From an uncultured Actinomycetota bacterium (lineage in GTDB: Bacteria > Actinomycetota > Actinomycetes > JAFAQI01), in contig CAVYQE010000001.1 in assembly GCA_963770565.1 (NCBI GenBank), positions 288,001-352,000 of the forward strand: 64,000 nt of DNA. Direction: 5' to 3'. The translations under genes and the position numbers were made by a program. The notes beneath the pieces are model-generated. The model saw only the letters and a list, made by a program, of their open reading frames with translations. It ran no database searches and was not told where the DNA came from. Positions 12,492 through 24,025 of this stretch are shown here, piece after piece. Positions within the stretch are counted from its first letter, which is position 1. Each line of letters starts with the position of its first letter.

Positions 12492-13229
12492 ATGTCGCCG
12501 TCCGCGCACCACGATTCGTTGCCGGAGCATCCCGATCCCGATCTGACGGCGTATCGGCCCGTGAGCGGCTGGGGGGTGGCGGCGTTGTTGGTGGGGCTCG
12601 CGTCGGCTGTGGCCTTGGCCCATCCGCTGTTGTGGTCGGTGCCGCTGGTGGGCGTGGTCGTGGCCGTCATCGCACTCCGGCGGATTCGGCGATCGGAGAT
12701 CAAGCTGCTGGGGCGCAAAGCGGCGATCGTCGGCCTGGCGTTTTCCTTGATCTACGGCGTCGCCGCGCCGGCCCACCTGTTGAGCCGGAATCATTGGCTG
12801 GCGGCCAGGGCGCAACGGCTGGCCGACGAGTTTATCGAACTCGTCCGCACGCATCAGGTCGATCGCGCGTTTGCCTTGACGCTCAAGTCGGCCGAGACCT
12901 ACTCGCCGCGCCGCCGCCCGATGCCGGGCGAAAACCCCGAAACGGCGCCGAAGACCCAGGAAGAGGCGTTTCTGGCGGAGCCCCCCGTCTCGACGCTCGT
13001 CTCGCTGGGGACGAAGGCCCACATCACGCACCTCGAAACCGTGGTTTATATCGTCGAGGGGGGCCGGCAATCGGTCGGCGTGCTCTACGAAGTTCACTAC
13101 CAGGGGGAGCACACGCTCAACCCGCTCGAAGTGCTCGTCTACGTCGAGCAATCGTTCGACGCCAAAGGGCACGAGCGATGGTGGATCAGCAGCGTCTCGA
13201 CTCCCCCCTTGCCGCAGCTCTCGATGTAG
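12492..13229 (+). CDS. Hypothetical membrane protein (DUF4190-like N-terminus)
   Basis: YRPVSGWGVAALLVGL...ALRRIRRS..GRKAAIVGL hydrophobic pattern; host-like codon usage. Confidence 0.6.
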   Translation: MSPSAHHDSLPEHPDPDLTAYRPVSGWGVAALLVGLASAVALAHPLLWSVPLVGVVVAVIALRRIRRSEIKLLGRKAAIVGLAFSLIYGVAAPAHLLSRNHWLAARAQRLADEFIELVRTHQVDRAFALTLKSAETYSPRRRPMPGENPETAPKTQEEAFLAEPPVSTLVSLGTKAHITHLETVVYIVEGGRQSVGVLYEVHYQGEHTLNPLEVLVYVEQSFDAKGHERWWISSVSTPPLPQLSM

Positions 13230-13756
13230 CGGATCGCCAAGCGGGCCGCCCCTTGTCGCCTTTTGCTCCGCAAAAGAGCGCCCCGTCTCAAGAGCGCCCC
13301 GTGTTCGGCGGCCATGCGCCGCGAGCTGCGCTCAGCGGCCATCGCGCGAGCGGATGATGATCTGCCCGACCAGCGCCCAAATCGCCAGAAAGGCAACGCC
13401 GATCGTCGGGGGAATCAAGTCGGGAGGCATAACGGGCCTGGACGCTTTCGGAGCAGGGGAGCGGGGTGGGCTTCGCAGAAACGTGCGGTTTTCGGATCGC
13501 GGGCAATTGCCGACTTCTTCGCCCAGGGTTGAAACTCCGCGCGGCAGCGCGGCGTGCGTCGGATGTTTTCGGTCGGCCGACGCCCTGCACTCGACATGGA
13601 CGATTGCGGGCCGTAAGACCCGAGAAAGCGGCGAAGTTTCGCCAGTTCACCAGCCGCCGGCCGACGCCTGGGAAGTCGCCCGGTCGCTCGCGCAGATTAT
13701 GTACAAAACTGTGTACATAATCTTTCCTATTATTTCGCGGAAAAACCTTCGGCCCT

Positions 13757-13984
13757 TCAAGCACCGCGGCGGCTGATCCGGGCCATCTCGAGCTTGGCGC
13801 ACGACTGGGCGGCCCACCGCTCGAGGTGGGCCAGCCACAGGTCGGCCTTCTTGCCGTGAATCGAAAGCACCGTCTCCGGCTCGCTTCGCAGGATGCCGGC
13901 CATCTGCCGCAAATCTGCGGCAATATCGAGAATCCGCAAGGCCGTCTGGTCCAAGCGGTCGGCATCGTAGGGCGAGAGCGTCAT
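13757..13984 (-). CDS. Small hypothetical protein
   Basis: MTLSPYDADRLDQTALRILDIAADLRQMA; aggagg-like RBS upstream on the minus strand. Confidence 0.6.
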   Translation of the reverse strand: MTLSPYDADRLDQTALRILDIAADLRQMAGILRSEPETVLSIHGKKADLWLAHLERWAAQSCAKLEMARISRRGA

Positions 13985-14262
13985 GGGATCGGCCTCCTGA
14001 TCCGCGGGAATTCCCAATGCCGCGCGGGCGGCGCCGGCGGGCGGTTCGGCCGCGCCGCCGGCGATTCAGAGCGCGACGAAGGCCTCAGTATACGTGCCGG
14101 TGAAAATGTGTCAATAAATGTCCAAAATAACTCTTGCAAGTGGGCCGCGGTATTATGTACATAGGTACACTATAAGCCCAGCCGGCCGCGGCGCTCCGCC
14201 GCCCAGCGCCAGGCCGCTCGATCGTCACGCCGGGCATAACCGATTTTCCGGAGGAGTGCGTC

Positions 14263-14589
14263 ATGGTCCCTTCGTCTTTTCCCGCCGCCCCCAGCGATGC
14301 TCTCGATGATTCCCTCAACCGCCCGACGGCTCTGCGAGAACCGCCGCCCCCGGCCGGAGATCCCGGCGACCGGCCGGCCGCAGGGGACGACGAGCCGGAA
14401 TTTGCCGAACCGGACTTTGCCGGGCCGGATTTCGCCGAGCCGGATTTCGACGAGCCGGATTTCGACGATGCCGACGAGCCGGACGATTTCGACGGCAGCG
14501 AACCGGCCGATTTCGACTTCGAATTGGACGATGAGCCCGATCCCGAACCGGGCGATTTCTGGGGGGATCCGGATGACGACGACGAATAG
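14263..14589 (+). CDS. Highly acidic low-complexity protein with EPDF[AD] repeats
   Basis: ggaggag RBS; 15-bp tandem units at ~14390-14490. Confidence 0.5.
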   Translation: MVPSSFPAAPSDALDDSLNRPTALREPPPPAGDPGDRPAAGDDEPEFAEPDFAGPDFAEPDFDEPDFDDADEPDDFDGSEPADFDFELDDEPDPEPGDFWGDPDDDDE

Positions 14590-14606
14590 CACCAGGAGAT
14601 GCCGAC

Positions 14607-14935
14607 ATGCTCGCCGAACCGCTGGTCGAACGCGTGTTTCGAATGCTCTCGGAGGGACGCGTATCGCAACGCCGAATTGCGAGCTTCACCGGGGTCAGCC
14701 GGGGAACCGTCGGGGCGATCGCCCGCGGCCGGCGGCGGCTCGATCTGCGGCCGAAATGCGCCGACGCCGATCCACTGCGGCCGCTCGGTCCGCCGGCGCA
14801 GTTGCCGAGGTTGCGGCGGGATGGTGTATCACCCCTGCCGGCTCTGCCAGGTCCCGGCACGGGCAGGCGATCAACGCGCGCATCGCGAGGCTGGAGCGAT
14901 CGCTGGATTCGGCCGAAGATGCGGGCGAGGCATAG
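14607..14935 (+). CDS. Small HTH + CxxC..CxxC protein, frameshifted
   Basis: aggag RBS; SQRRIASFTGVSRGTVGAIARG helix-turn-helix, then CRGCGGMVYHPCRLC in another frame. Confidence 0.55.
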
Positions 14936-15007
14936 ATCGGTTTGGGTATTGCTGAATCGCCGCTGCGCAGGTTTGGGAAACTTTTTGCGCGGCATACCAA
15001 GCCAGGC

Positions 15008-15098
15008 GACGGCTCGGGAGAGCCGTGCCTACAGGGGAACGACGGCTCGGGAGAGCCGTGCTACGGGGGAACGACGGCTCGGGAGAGCCGTGCTACGG
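15008..15098. repeat. Three tandem ~32-bp palindromic units gacggctcgggagagccgtgctac
   Basis: Directly visible; same family at 25227-25251 and 41258-41311. Confidence 0.8.
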
Positions 15099-15209
15099 CG
15101 GCCGGGGATTGAAACTGCCCGCGCCGTCGCGCACATAACAGAGCCTACGGTTCGATCGAGCCGGCCTGCATTTTCCCACCTCCGCTTCGCCATCCCTTGA
15201 GTGACTTCC

Positions 15210-17551
15210 ATGATGACAACCGTCTCGCGGTGCTTCGTTGCCTTGTCGATCATCCTGCTGGCCGCGGCCGGGCTTTCCGCCGCCCGGCTTTCCGCCGCCG
15301 AATGGCAGCCGGCGCATGGCCCGCTGGCGACGCGGTGGGCGAAGGACGTTTCGCCGACCAATGCGCTGCCCGAATATCCGCGGCCGCAGATGGTGCGGAA
15401 GGAGTGGCAGAATCTCAACGGCCTGTGGGATTACGCGATTCGCCCGCAAGGCCGACGATCAGCCGGCAGAAATTCGAAGGGCAGATTCTCGTGCCGTATC
15501 CGATCGAGTCGGCGCTGTCGGGCGTGATGAAGCGCGTGAGCGAGATCGAGCGGCTCTGGTATCGCCGGACGTTCACGGTTCCGAAGGAGTGGGCCGGGAA
15601 GAATGTGCTGCTTGCATTTCGGGGCGGTCGAATTGGGAATCGACGGTTTGGGTGAATGGGAAGAAGCTCGGCGAGCATCGCGGCGGTTACGACGGCTTCA
15701 GCTCGACCTGACCGACGTCGCTCAAGCCGGAGGGCGAGCAAGAGATCGTCGTCTCGGCCTGGAATCCGATCGACTGCGGCACGCAGCCGCGCGGCAAGCA
15801 AGTTCGGCGGCCAGGCGGAATTTTCTACACGCCGACCACCGGCATCTGGCAGACCGTCTGGCTCGAACCGGTGCCGAAGGCGGCATCGATTCAGTCGAAA
15901 TCGTGCCAGACATCGATAAGAAAATCGTGCGAATCACGACTCGTGTGCATGAAGCCGGCGCGGGCCATCTTTGCCAGCGATGTGAAAGTCAAGGCGGTCG
16001 CACACGACGGCAACACGCAAATCGGCGAATCGGAAGTGAACGAGGAGCAGGTCATTGAATTGCCGATCAACGATATGAAATTGTGGTCGCCGGATACAGC
16101 CCATTTTGTACGGGCTCACGATTTCGATGACGGATAAATTGGGGAACCATGATTCCGTCGAAAGCTATTTCGGCATGCGCAAAATCTCGATCGCCAAAGA
16201 CGACAAGGGCGTCACGCGGATTTTCTTGAACAACAAGCCGCAGTTCATGGTCGGCCCGCTGGATCAGGGCTTCTGGCCCGACGGGATTTACACGGCGCCG
16301 ACCGACGAGGCGCTGCGGTACGACATCGAGATGACGCGCAAGCTGGGCTTCAACATGGCGCGCAAGCATGTCAAGGTCGAGCCGGATCGCTGGTATTATT
16401 GGTGCCGACAAGCTGGGCCTGTTGGTGTTGCAGGACATGCCGAGCGGCGACCGCGGGATCGGCGGGAATGCGCCCGATCTCACGCCTAGCCGCGAGTCGG
16501 CCGATGCAATTCAAGCTGGAACTCGGGCGGATGATCGACGGCCGCGAGAATCATCCCTCGATCGTGATGTGGGTCGTGTTCAACGAAGGCTGGGGGCAGC
16601 ACGACACGGCGGCTCTGACCAAATGGGTGAAGAAGCGCGACCCGTCGCGGCTGGTCGATTGCGCCAGCGGCTGGACCGACCGCAACGTGGGCGACGTGCA
16701 TGACATTCACGTCTATCCCGGCCCCGGCTCGCCGCAGCCGGAGGAGCATCGGGCGGCCGTGCTGGGCGAATTCGGCGGCCTGGGCCTGCCGATCGAAGGG
16801 CACACCTGGCAGGCGAAGAGCAACTGGGGCTATCGCAGCTTCACCGATCGCGGCCGCGCTGACCGACGCCTATCTCGGCGCTGATCCACCGCTTGCATCC
16901 GCTCGATCGGCGACCCCGGCCTTCGGCCGCCGTCTACACGCAAACGACCGACGTCGAGACGGAAGTGAACGGCCTGATGACCTACGACCGCGCGATCGTC
17001 AAGCCGGACCTGGAGCGGATGGCGGCGGCCAATCGCAGGGCTGTTCCTCCCGCCGCCGAAGATCAAGACGATCTCGCCGACCTCGGAGGCACGCGCCGCA
17101 CGACTGGCATTACACGCTCGCCAAACCGGCAGACGGTTGGGAAAAGCCCGATTTCGACGATACGGCCTGGAAGACCGGCCCGGCCGGCTTCGGCACCGAC
17201 GGCACGCCCGGCGCCGTGGTGCGGACCGAGTGGAAAACCTCCGACATCTGGCTGCGCCGCACGATCGACCTGGCCGACGACAAATTCAGCGAGCCCAAGC
17301 CTGCTGATGCACCACGACGACGACGCGGAGGTCTATATCAACGGCGTGCTCGCGGCGAAGGCCACTGGCTACACCGGCCGCTACGAGCCGTTCACGATCC
17401 GCGACGAAGCCCGCCGCACGCTGCACGCCGGCAAGAACACGATCGCCGTCCATTGCCATCAGAACTGCGGGCGGCCAATATATCGACGTGGGATTGGTGG
17501 ATTTGGAGGAGGGGAAGTACGGGGATTTCAGATTTCAAATTTGAGATTTGA
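15210..17551 (+). CDS. Glycoside hydrolase family 2 (beta-galactosidase-like), secreted, many indels
   Basis: [69 protein letters not shown] and [14 protein letters not shown]. Confidence 0.88.
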
Positions 17552-17599
17552 GATTGCCCGCGGAACTGGATTTCCATTCATCGACGATTGCTGCAAACC

Positions 17600-18300
17600 G
17601 ATGCGACTTTGCGAGTCACCGTTCTTAATGTCGCGAACCACGGAAAGTCGTTTCGCACCCCAATGAGATTCACACGGAGCAATCGTAGCAGCCTACGCGG
17701 CCAATATCGTCGCATAAAGATCGTTGGCCGCCCATACCCGATCCCATAAACCGAATCGTGGATCACATCATGCAGTTCGCCGCACTTGCTTTTCCAACGG
17801 CCATCGGAGAGGCGTTTGGCGGCATGCGTCCAGGCGCCATTGTTTCACGAGTCATACGCCGCGAAAGATCTCGCGCTGCGGGTGGATTCACGAGTCATCC
17901 GGCGGCGGAAAATCTTGCGGCCGTGCTGGCGCATCATGTCGTTGATTTTCTCTTTGAACGCCTCGGCTCGGCGTTCGGTCTCGAACAGAATGCCGGGAAA
18001 GGTGACGAGTTGCGAGTTTCAAATCCACTGGCAGGAGTAAAATCGCGATTCATCTCGGCTTGTTCAGTGCAGGCGATCGACCGCGGACGAGGCAGTGCAG
18101 GGATGCCTCCAGGGTTCGGTGAAACCGCAATGCCGGAGTTGCCGACGGCAAACGGGCTTGTCAATGTTGTATAGATTCCAGTGAGCGCGCCGTATGGATA
18201 AAGGCCGTCGGGGACGATGCGACAATCCCGAACTGATCGAAGAGCAGAACTGCTCCGCGCATCTCGATAATCGTAGGGAAGAAATGCTCCCTGGCGATGC
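17600..18300 (-). CDS. Hypothetical protein, fragmented; C-terminus WTHAAKRLSDGRWKSKCG..HD..YG..FMRR
   Basis: Motif read on the minus strand at ~17700-17850; boundaries approximate. Confidence 0.35.
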
Positions 18301-18350
18301 GCTCATATTCTCGCTGGCCACTGGAACGGGCTCTCTGGCGGGCGCGGTAC

Positions 18351-18998
18351 TCAAAGCGATGCCTCCATTTCTCCTGTGACAATCATCGAGTGATGTTTCG
18401 CATCGCTCCAATGCGCGATCGCATCGAGCAGATCGGCAACGTTGTCGGCGTCGCGATGATAGTTGAACGCGAACTGGAGAACTTCATCGGACGCGCCCTC
18501 CGCTTGCGAAGAAACCGTCGGTCCGATGGTCAGGTTCAAGCGGAAGCCAAGTTCATCTTTGCTGTAATACGTCGCCGAACTTCGCATCGGGACTGTCGAA
18601 AAGTTGTGCGCCGGGGCGTCCGGCCGGAAAAGGCGGACCGCGACACCACCGCAACAGTCTTTCCCTTCGTTGGCCGGTAATGCCAGGTGAAGTTCAAGCC
18701 AATCGCCCTGTAGGGTGTGTGAGGAAGCAATTCGATGAGCCGTCCGAGGCGCCCCGAGACCAGTTCTTGCTTTCGATCTTCCGGGCACCCTGGGGTGAAT
18801 CGCATTTGGATCTGGTTGGGAATCGCCAAGATGCAAACGACGGCGTCTCGAATTGCACCATTCCAGGGCTGAAAATAACCGGCCCGATAAACTCCTCCGT
18901 CGAACGATCTCGTTGTTGACCAACCAAATCTGTTGGATCAAGCTGACATTGAACATATTAGCCGTAACGACAACATTCTCGGTAAACAATTTCATCAT
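18351..18998 (-). CDS. Hypothetical protein (TIGR04255-like), frameshifted
   Basis: LIELLPHTPYRAIGLNF and LQFAFNYHRD motifs; lower GC than the flanks. Confidence 0.5.
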   Translation of the reverse strand: MMKLFTENVVVTANMFNVSLIQQIWLVNNEIVRRRSLSGRLFSALEWCNSRRRRLHLGDSQPDPNAIHPRVPGRSKARTGLGAPRTAHRIASSHTLQGDWLELHLALPANEGKDCCGGVAVRLFRPDAPAHNFSTVPMRSSATYYSKDELGFRLNLTIGPTVSSQAEGASDEVLQFAFNYHRDADNVADLLDAIAHWSDAKHHSMIVTGEMEASL

Positions 18999-19120
18999 AG
19001 GGCTCGCGAATACTCAACGAGGTGGTTTCTACCAAGCGATATCGTAGCAAGGCATGGACCAGCCTGCTGTATTCTACGCCAACTGCATGTTTCGCAATCC
19101 AATTCATTCGCGGTATTCCC

Positions 19121-20720
19121 TCACGCACCCTCCCCCGGCGCAATCGGTTGCGGGTGGGCCATCGTGCCGAGGATGTATTGCCGCCAGGTGTCGAGCTGCT
19201 CGACGGTGAGGCTGTTTTCGCGATTGATTTCGTGCTGCAGTTCGCTTGTCGAGTGCCGGCCACTTTCACTTCGATCGTCAAGCCGGCCGTTTTCGGCGTA
19301 GCGAAACTTCACTTCGATCGGCGTCTCGACCGGCAGAGTCGGCGGGCAGATCGCGGACGACGCATTTGCCGAGCTGCGAGCAATCTTCGGGCGAGGCGCT
19401 TTCTCCCTCGACGATCTGCACCAGGATCGAGCGCTGGTTCGCCTTTTGCGTCTTGAAGATCCGCTTGGCGGCGACCGGCAGCGCCGTGTTGCGCGGAATC
19501 AGGATGGCGTTGCGCGGGCGGCCCGTCTTGCCGTCGACCGCCACGACGCCCAGGCTGTGCGAATTGACGTTTTTGATCTTGAACGGCACGCGGTTGCCTT
19601 GCTTGCGGGCGGAGCAGGATTCCGGCGTGCAGCGCCGCGCCGTGGGCCACCGCTTCGTCGGCCGAGACCGAGGCGTCGGGCTCCTTGCCCGAGATGTCTT
19701 TGAGCATCGCGCGAACCATCGGCATCCGGGTCGAGCCGCCGACCAACAGCACGCGGTCGATCTGCTGCCCAGTCGCAGCCGGCGGCCTGCAGCGTCTGCC
19801 GGGTGGTGAAGCGGGTGCGGTCGAGCAGGTCGTGGGTGATTTCCTCGAACTTTTCGCGGGTGATTTCCAGGCGCACGGCCATCCCCTTGAAATCGTAGCT
19901 GACCGAGGCGCTTTGCCGCGGAGCGAGAGCGTGCGCTTGGCGTCTTCGCATTCGCGCCACAGCCGGCCGGCGGCGTTGGGGTCTTCGCGCGGGTCGAGCC
20001 GATGCTGGCGGATGAATTCCTCGGCCACGAAATCGACGAGCCGCTGGTCCCAGTCCTGGCCGCCCAGCTGCACGTCGCCGTCGGTGGCCAGGGCGGTGAA
20101 CTTCGTGCCCGTTGATCTCCATCACGGTCACGTCGAACGTGCCGCCGCCCAGGTCGTAGACGAGAATCTTCTGCGGCTTGGTCGCGCGCCGCCTTGGGCG
20201 TTCAGAAAGCCCTGCTGAAAGCCGAAGGCCACGGCGGCGGCGGTCGGCTCGTTGATGATGTCCAGCACCTCGAGGCCGGCCATGTAGCCGGCGTCTTGCG
20301 TCGCCTTGCGGCGGACTTCGTCGAAATAGGCGGGCACGGTGATGACCACGCGGGTGATCGGGCCGAGCTGCCGCTCGGCGTCGTGCTTGAGCTTGTTGAG
20401 CACCCAGGCCTGGATCGCCTCGGGCGGATAGCGATGCCCTTCGATCACGCGATGAAAGGCCCGCTCGCCCAGATCGCGCTTGGCGCAGCATCGGCCACGT
20501 GCTCGGCCTCGGAGACGATGGCCTTGATCGCCTCCTTGCCGACGACGGTCGTTTCGCCGTCGAACAGCACGACGCTGGGCGTGATCAAATCCCCTTCGGC
20601 GTTGACGATCGTGAGCGGCCGGCCCGTCTCGTCGAGATAAGCGACGACCGAATAGGTGGTGCCGAGATCGATTCCGACGGCGGGAGATTTTCGCAGGATC
20701 GAGGAGGGAGAATGGCTCAT
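19121..20720 (-). CDS. Hsp70 family protein (DnaK-like, short), split by indels
   Basis: [49 protein letters not shown] and DEAVAHGAA. Confidence 0.9.
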
Positions 20721-20865
20721 GCGAGGCCCCTGGGGGATAAGGACGAAAGGTCCGAGCGATTGCGAACCGATGGCGGAAAGGCGCCTCGCGGCCGACCGAT
20801 TTCGCGAATGTCGGCCGCGGTCCGGCGCCAGCCACCCCGGCGTTCAACAACCTCGGGGGCAAACA

Positions 20866-22134
20866 TTAGTTTACTTCCCCGCCATCGCCGCCGCCAGAAT
20901 GCGGCGACGTGCTTTCGCGCATGATTCGCGGATCGACTTGCCTGCCCTCCAGCAGCGTTTTGCGGACATCCTTGCCCGAGATGAAGACAGGTTTTTCGTC
21001 TTTGTGGTTTTCCATCAGATCCACGCGACCGGCCGAATCGTAGTAGGCGGCAAATCCGACTTTGACCGGCTGAATCTGCAGATCGCCCTGCAGCTTGCCG
21101 AAATTTCCTGAGCGTCGAAATCCCCCCAGATATGTGCGTGCCGTCGGCGATAGGGGGCGTCGGCGTGCTTGCGGCCGATCACGATGTCGGTGAAGCCGAA
21201 ATTCTGGCGATAGATCGCGTGCATGATCGCTTCCTTCGGGCCGCCGTAGAACATCTTGATGTCGAGCCCGAGCAGAATGACCCGATCGGGGACCGACTCG
21301 CCGCGCGGCCCCCACAGCGCGGGATCACTATCTCCTTGGCCGAGGCCGCGCTCGTCGATCAGCGCTTCGTAGGTGTGCATGCGGACGTCGGCGGGCACGT
21401 CGTCCCCCTTGGTTTCGCCGATCAGCGGATTGAGGCAGGCCCCGGCGTTGTAGCCGGCCTTGAGCAGCGTTTCCAGGCCGTAGACCAGGGCGTATTCATG
21501 GGCGCGATGCAGCGGATTGCGGGTTTGAAAGGCCACGACCCGATTCCAGCCTTTGCTCGCCAGCAGGCGGCGCACTTCGCGCGGCGAGAGCACGTATTTG
21601 CCGAATTTGGGGTTTTTCGGCTGCGGCAGCACGCGGATCGTGCCGCCCACGAGATGCGTCTTGTCGGCGTCGGCCTTAAGCACCATCTCGGCGCCGGGGT
21701 GGTCGGTGCGGTCGGTGAGATAGACGCTCTTGATGTATTTCGGCTTGTCCCAGGGAAAGATGTCGCTGATGTCGAGCATGGCGACGACCGTCCCGGCCGA
21801 ATTCACCACCGCGGCCCGCTGCCCGACTTTCAACTGCCCGGCGAGTTCCGCCGTTACGGGCAGGGCCAGCGGAATGGTCCAGGCATAGAGCTTCCCGTCC
21901 TGCTCGATGACCGCTTCGTCGAGCACCCGATTGTAGACGGCCGAGTTCATCGGTCCGGTCAAGCGGGCTCAGGGCCCCATCGCCGAAGCGATAGACCGCG
22001 GAGAGATCGGCGTCGGAGACGGGCAGCTTGGGGAGCTGGGCCGCCTCGGCTTGGAACGGCCCGATCTCGTCGGGAGCGACGGTCAAATTCAACGGTTCCT
22101 TCGAACCGCCATGCGGAGGGATCAGATCGGCCAT
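20866..22134 (-). CDS. sat: Sulfate adenylyltransferase, split by indels
   Basis: [58 protein letters not shown] and GRKHA. Confidence 0.93.
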
Positions 22135-22233
22135 AAGGAAAAAGCCTCTTCTTTCGAGCCACCGGTTGCCGGAGAAACGCTGCCAATTTCGCATCTGCGA
22201 AGGGCAACAGTATAGAGCAATGCCGCCCGCCGC

Positions 22234-22863
22234 TCAACCGCGGGTGAGCGAGCGGCGAGGAGGTGCCGGCGAGGAGGTGCCACTGGCAAGCGCAGTCTGC
22301 CAGTGGCGAATGGCGGGTGACGAGGGTGGCACTGGCAATTCTCCACGAGCCTCCCGTTCTCGAAGAAAGGAGAATATCCGGTCGACGGTCTCCTTGAAGC
22401 CAGGATTCGGGTGGCCGCTCATCTCCTCGAGGAGTTCGGCGCATTCTTGCGGTTCGACGAATTCCGCCCGGAGGAGCTGATCGAGGATGCGAGCGGCGCC
22501 GTTCCGGACATTCACTTCGGGGTCGTGAAGATAGCCGCGAACCCACGGCAGCACGCTCCTGTCGCCGAGATACGCGAGCAGGAACACGGCGTCGGCACGT
22601 CGTTCCCGTGCTTCGCTGGTATTGCGAGCGATCTCATGGCAATGGTGCATCGCCGACCAAGGATGGACCAACCAGAGGACCGAGCGGGCAAGTTCGGACC
22701 CCGGTTCGAGGTCGATGCAGTAATCGAGAGCAGCCGGCCATTCCGTTTCGGCGATGATCGCTTCAATCGCCTTTTGCGCCCTTTCCGAGCCTCCTTCCTC
22801 GCCATACTCCGTGAACGATCCAAGGTGGCTGGCCAATCGTTCCCAATCGATTGCAGGCGGCAC
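22234..22863 (-). CDS. HEAT-repeat hypothetical protein
   Basis: RRADAVFLLAYLGDRSVLPWVRGYLHDPEVNVRNGAARIL; the 3' end runs into a repeat. Confidence 0.55.
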   Translation of the reverse strand: MPPAIDWERLASHLGSFTEYGEEGGSERAQKAIEAIIAETEWPAALDYCIDLEPGSELARSVLWLVHPWSAMHHCHEIARNTSEARERRADAVFLLAYLGDRSVLPWVRGYLHDPEVNVRNGAARILDQLLRAEFVEPQECAELLEEMSGHPNPGFKETVDRIFSFLREREARGELPVPPSSPAIRHWQTALASGTSSPAPPRRSLTRG

Positions 22864-22901
22864 AGGCAGGTGATCTTCCCTAAATCCGATTTGATCGCGG
22901 C

Positions 22902-23401
22902 TTAAGCGGAAGAATCGTCCTTGACCGTGATATTGGCGGGCTTGGCATCGTAATAGTATATTCCGAACTGCCGGAGCGACGAAAGGAGAGCTTTGACTCT
23001 TGGCCAGCGATCTTCGAACCGCGATCTGCAATCCTCGAGCCACTCTTCGTAGCCGCCCTCCTCGAATTCCATCGGTCGATCGAGCCAAGCCTTGGCGAAG
23101 TCGAGGATGAAGGGCGGCGTCACGATTCGCATTTCGATCACGAAAAGACGCGGGTCGGTTCGGATCAGTTCCGGTACGGCAAATTCGCCGAGCTTTCCGA
23201 TGTTTGCCGACCTGAATCGTTCATAGCATTCGGCCTCCGTGAATAATTCTTTTCCAGCTTGAGGGCTTTGATCGCCGTCTTGTTGCTCGATTTCCACACG
23301 CACCCGTCGGTTCCGTGCCCTAATGGGCTTTGCAAATCGAGCGTCATTCCCCATAACGATGCATACTGATTCGCCCGCGAAATGAGGATGGAGTCGGACA
23401 T
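22902..23401 (-). CDS. Small protein-kinase-fold-like protein, one indel
   Basis: LGHGTDGCVWK (Gly loop), TAIK, E.ECY and YYDAKPANI (catalytic-loop-like) across two frames. Confidence 0.55.
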
Positions 23402-23638
23402 GGGTCAAAAATGGTTCGATGGCTACTCCGCGGACGTGGAAATCTACTTGCTGCACGACGGCAAGCGGTTCGACGTGGCGCAGATCGGCGGCGGCTCTCT
23501 CATTCTTCGTCGGCCGGCACGATCCCGGCGGCCACGCACGTCACCCTCGTCATCATAATCGACGGACATGAAGTCTCCGAAAAAGTGTGGCTGGCCGAGG
23601 CCGCAGACTGTGCCGACCGGCATGTGCCATTTATTTGA
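23400..23638 (+). CDS. Small hypothetical protein (MGQKWFDGYSADVEIYLL...), one indel
   Basis: ATG at 23400 preceded by ggag; protein-like in frame to ~23520, then IPAATHVTLVIIIDG in the next frame. Confidence 0.5.
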
Positions 23639-24025
23639 TTTTCCGGGAGCCTGCCCGAGAACTGCCCGTAAAGACCTGTCGGACGAGGTGTTGAAGGTCG
23701 TCCATAGACGGGTCCGTGGCACGACGGCTCGGGCGGATCGGGTTGTGCCAAGCCGGTTGCACCGGCTTCCGGCGAGGGGGGGCCGATTCGGTCGCGCCGA
23801 TTGGGCCGGTTGTGGCGCCGCGGGTTTCCGCAGTTTTTGCCGAGAGCGGCCAGAAAGCGGCCCTCGATTTGCCGTTGCGCCGCTGCAATCTAATCTTGCG
23901 AGTGCTTATGGGGCGCGCGATGGCAACGATCCGCGCCGTTTCAACAGAGTTTTCGAGTTTGCGCCGGTGCTCGGCCGGCGCGGCGTCGAGAGGGATGAAG
24001 CTTATGTCGCATCAGTCGATGTTTT

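Noticed and set aside
15008-15098. Mini-CRISPR
   Set aside because: Spacers are only ~8 nt and nearly identical; the unit is a dispersed palindrome found elsewhere in the window.
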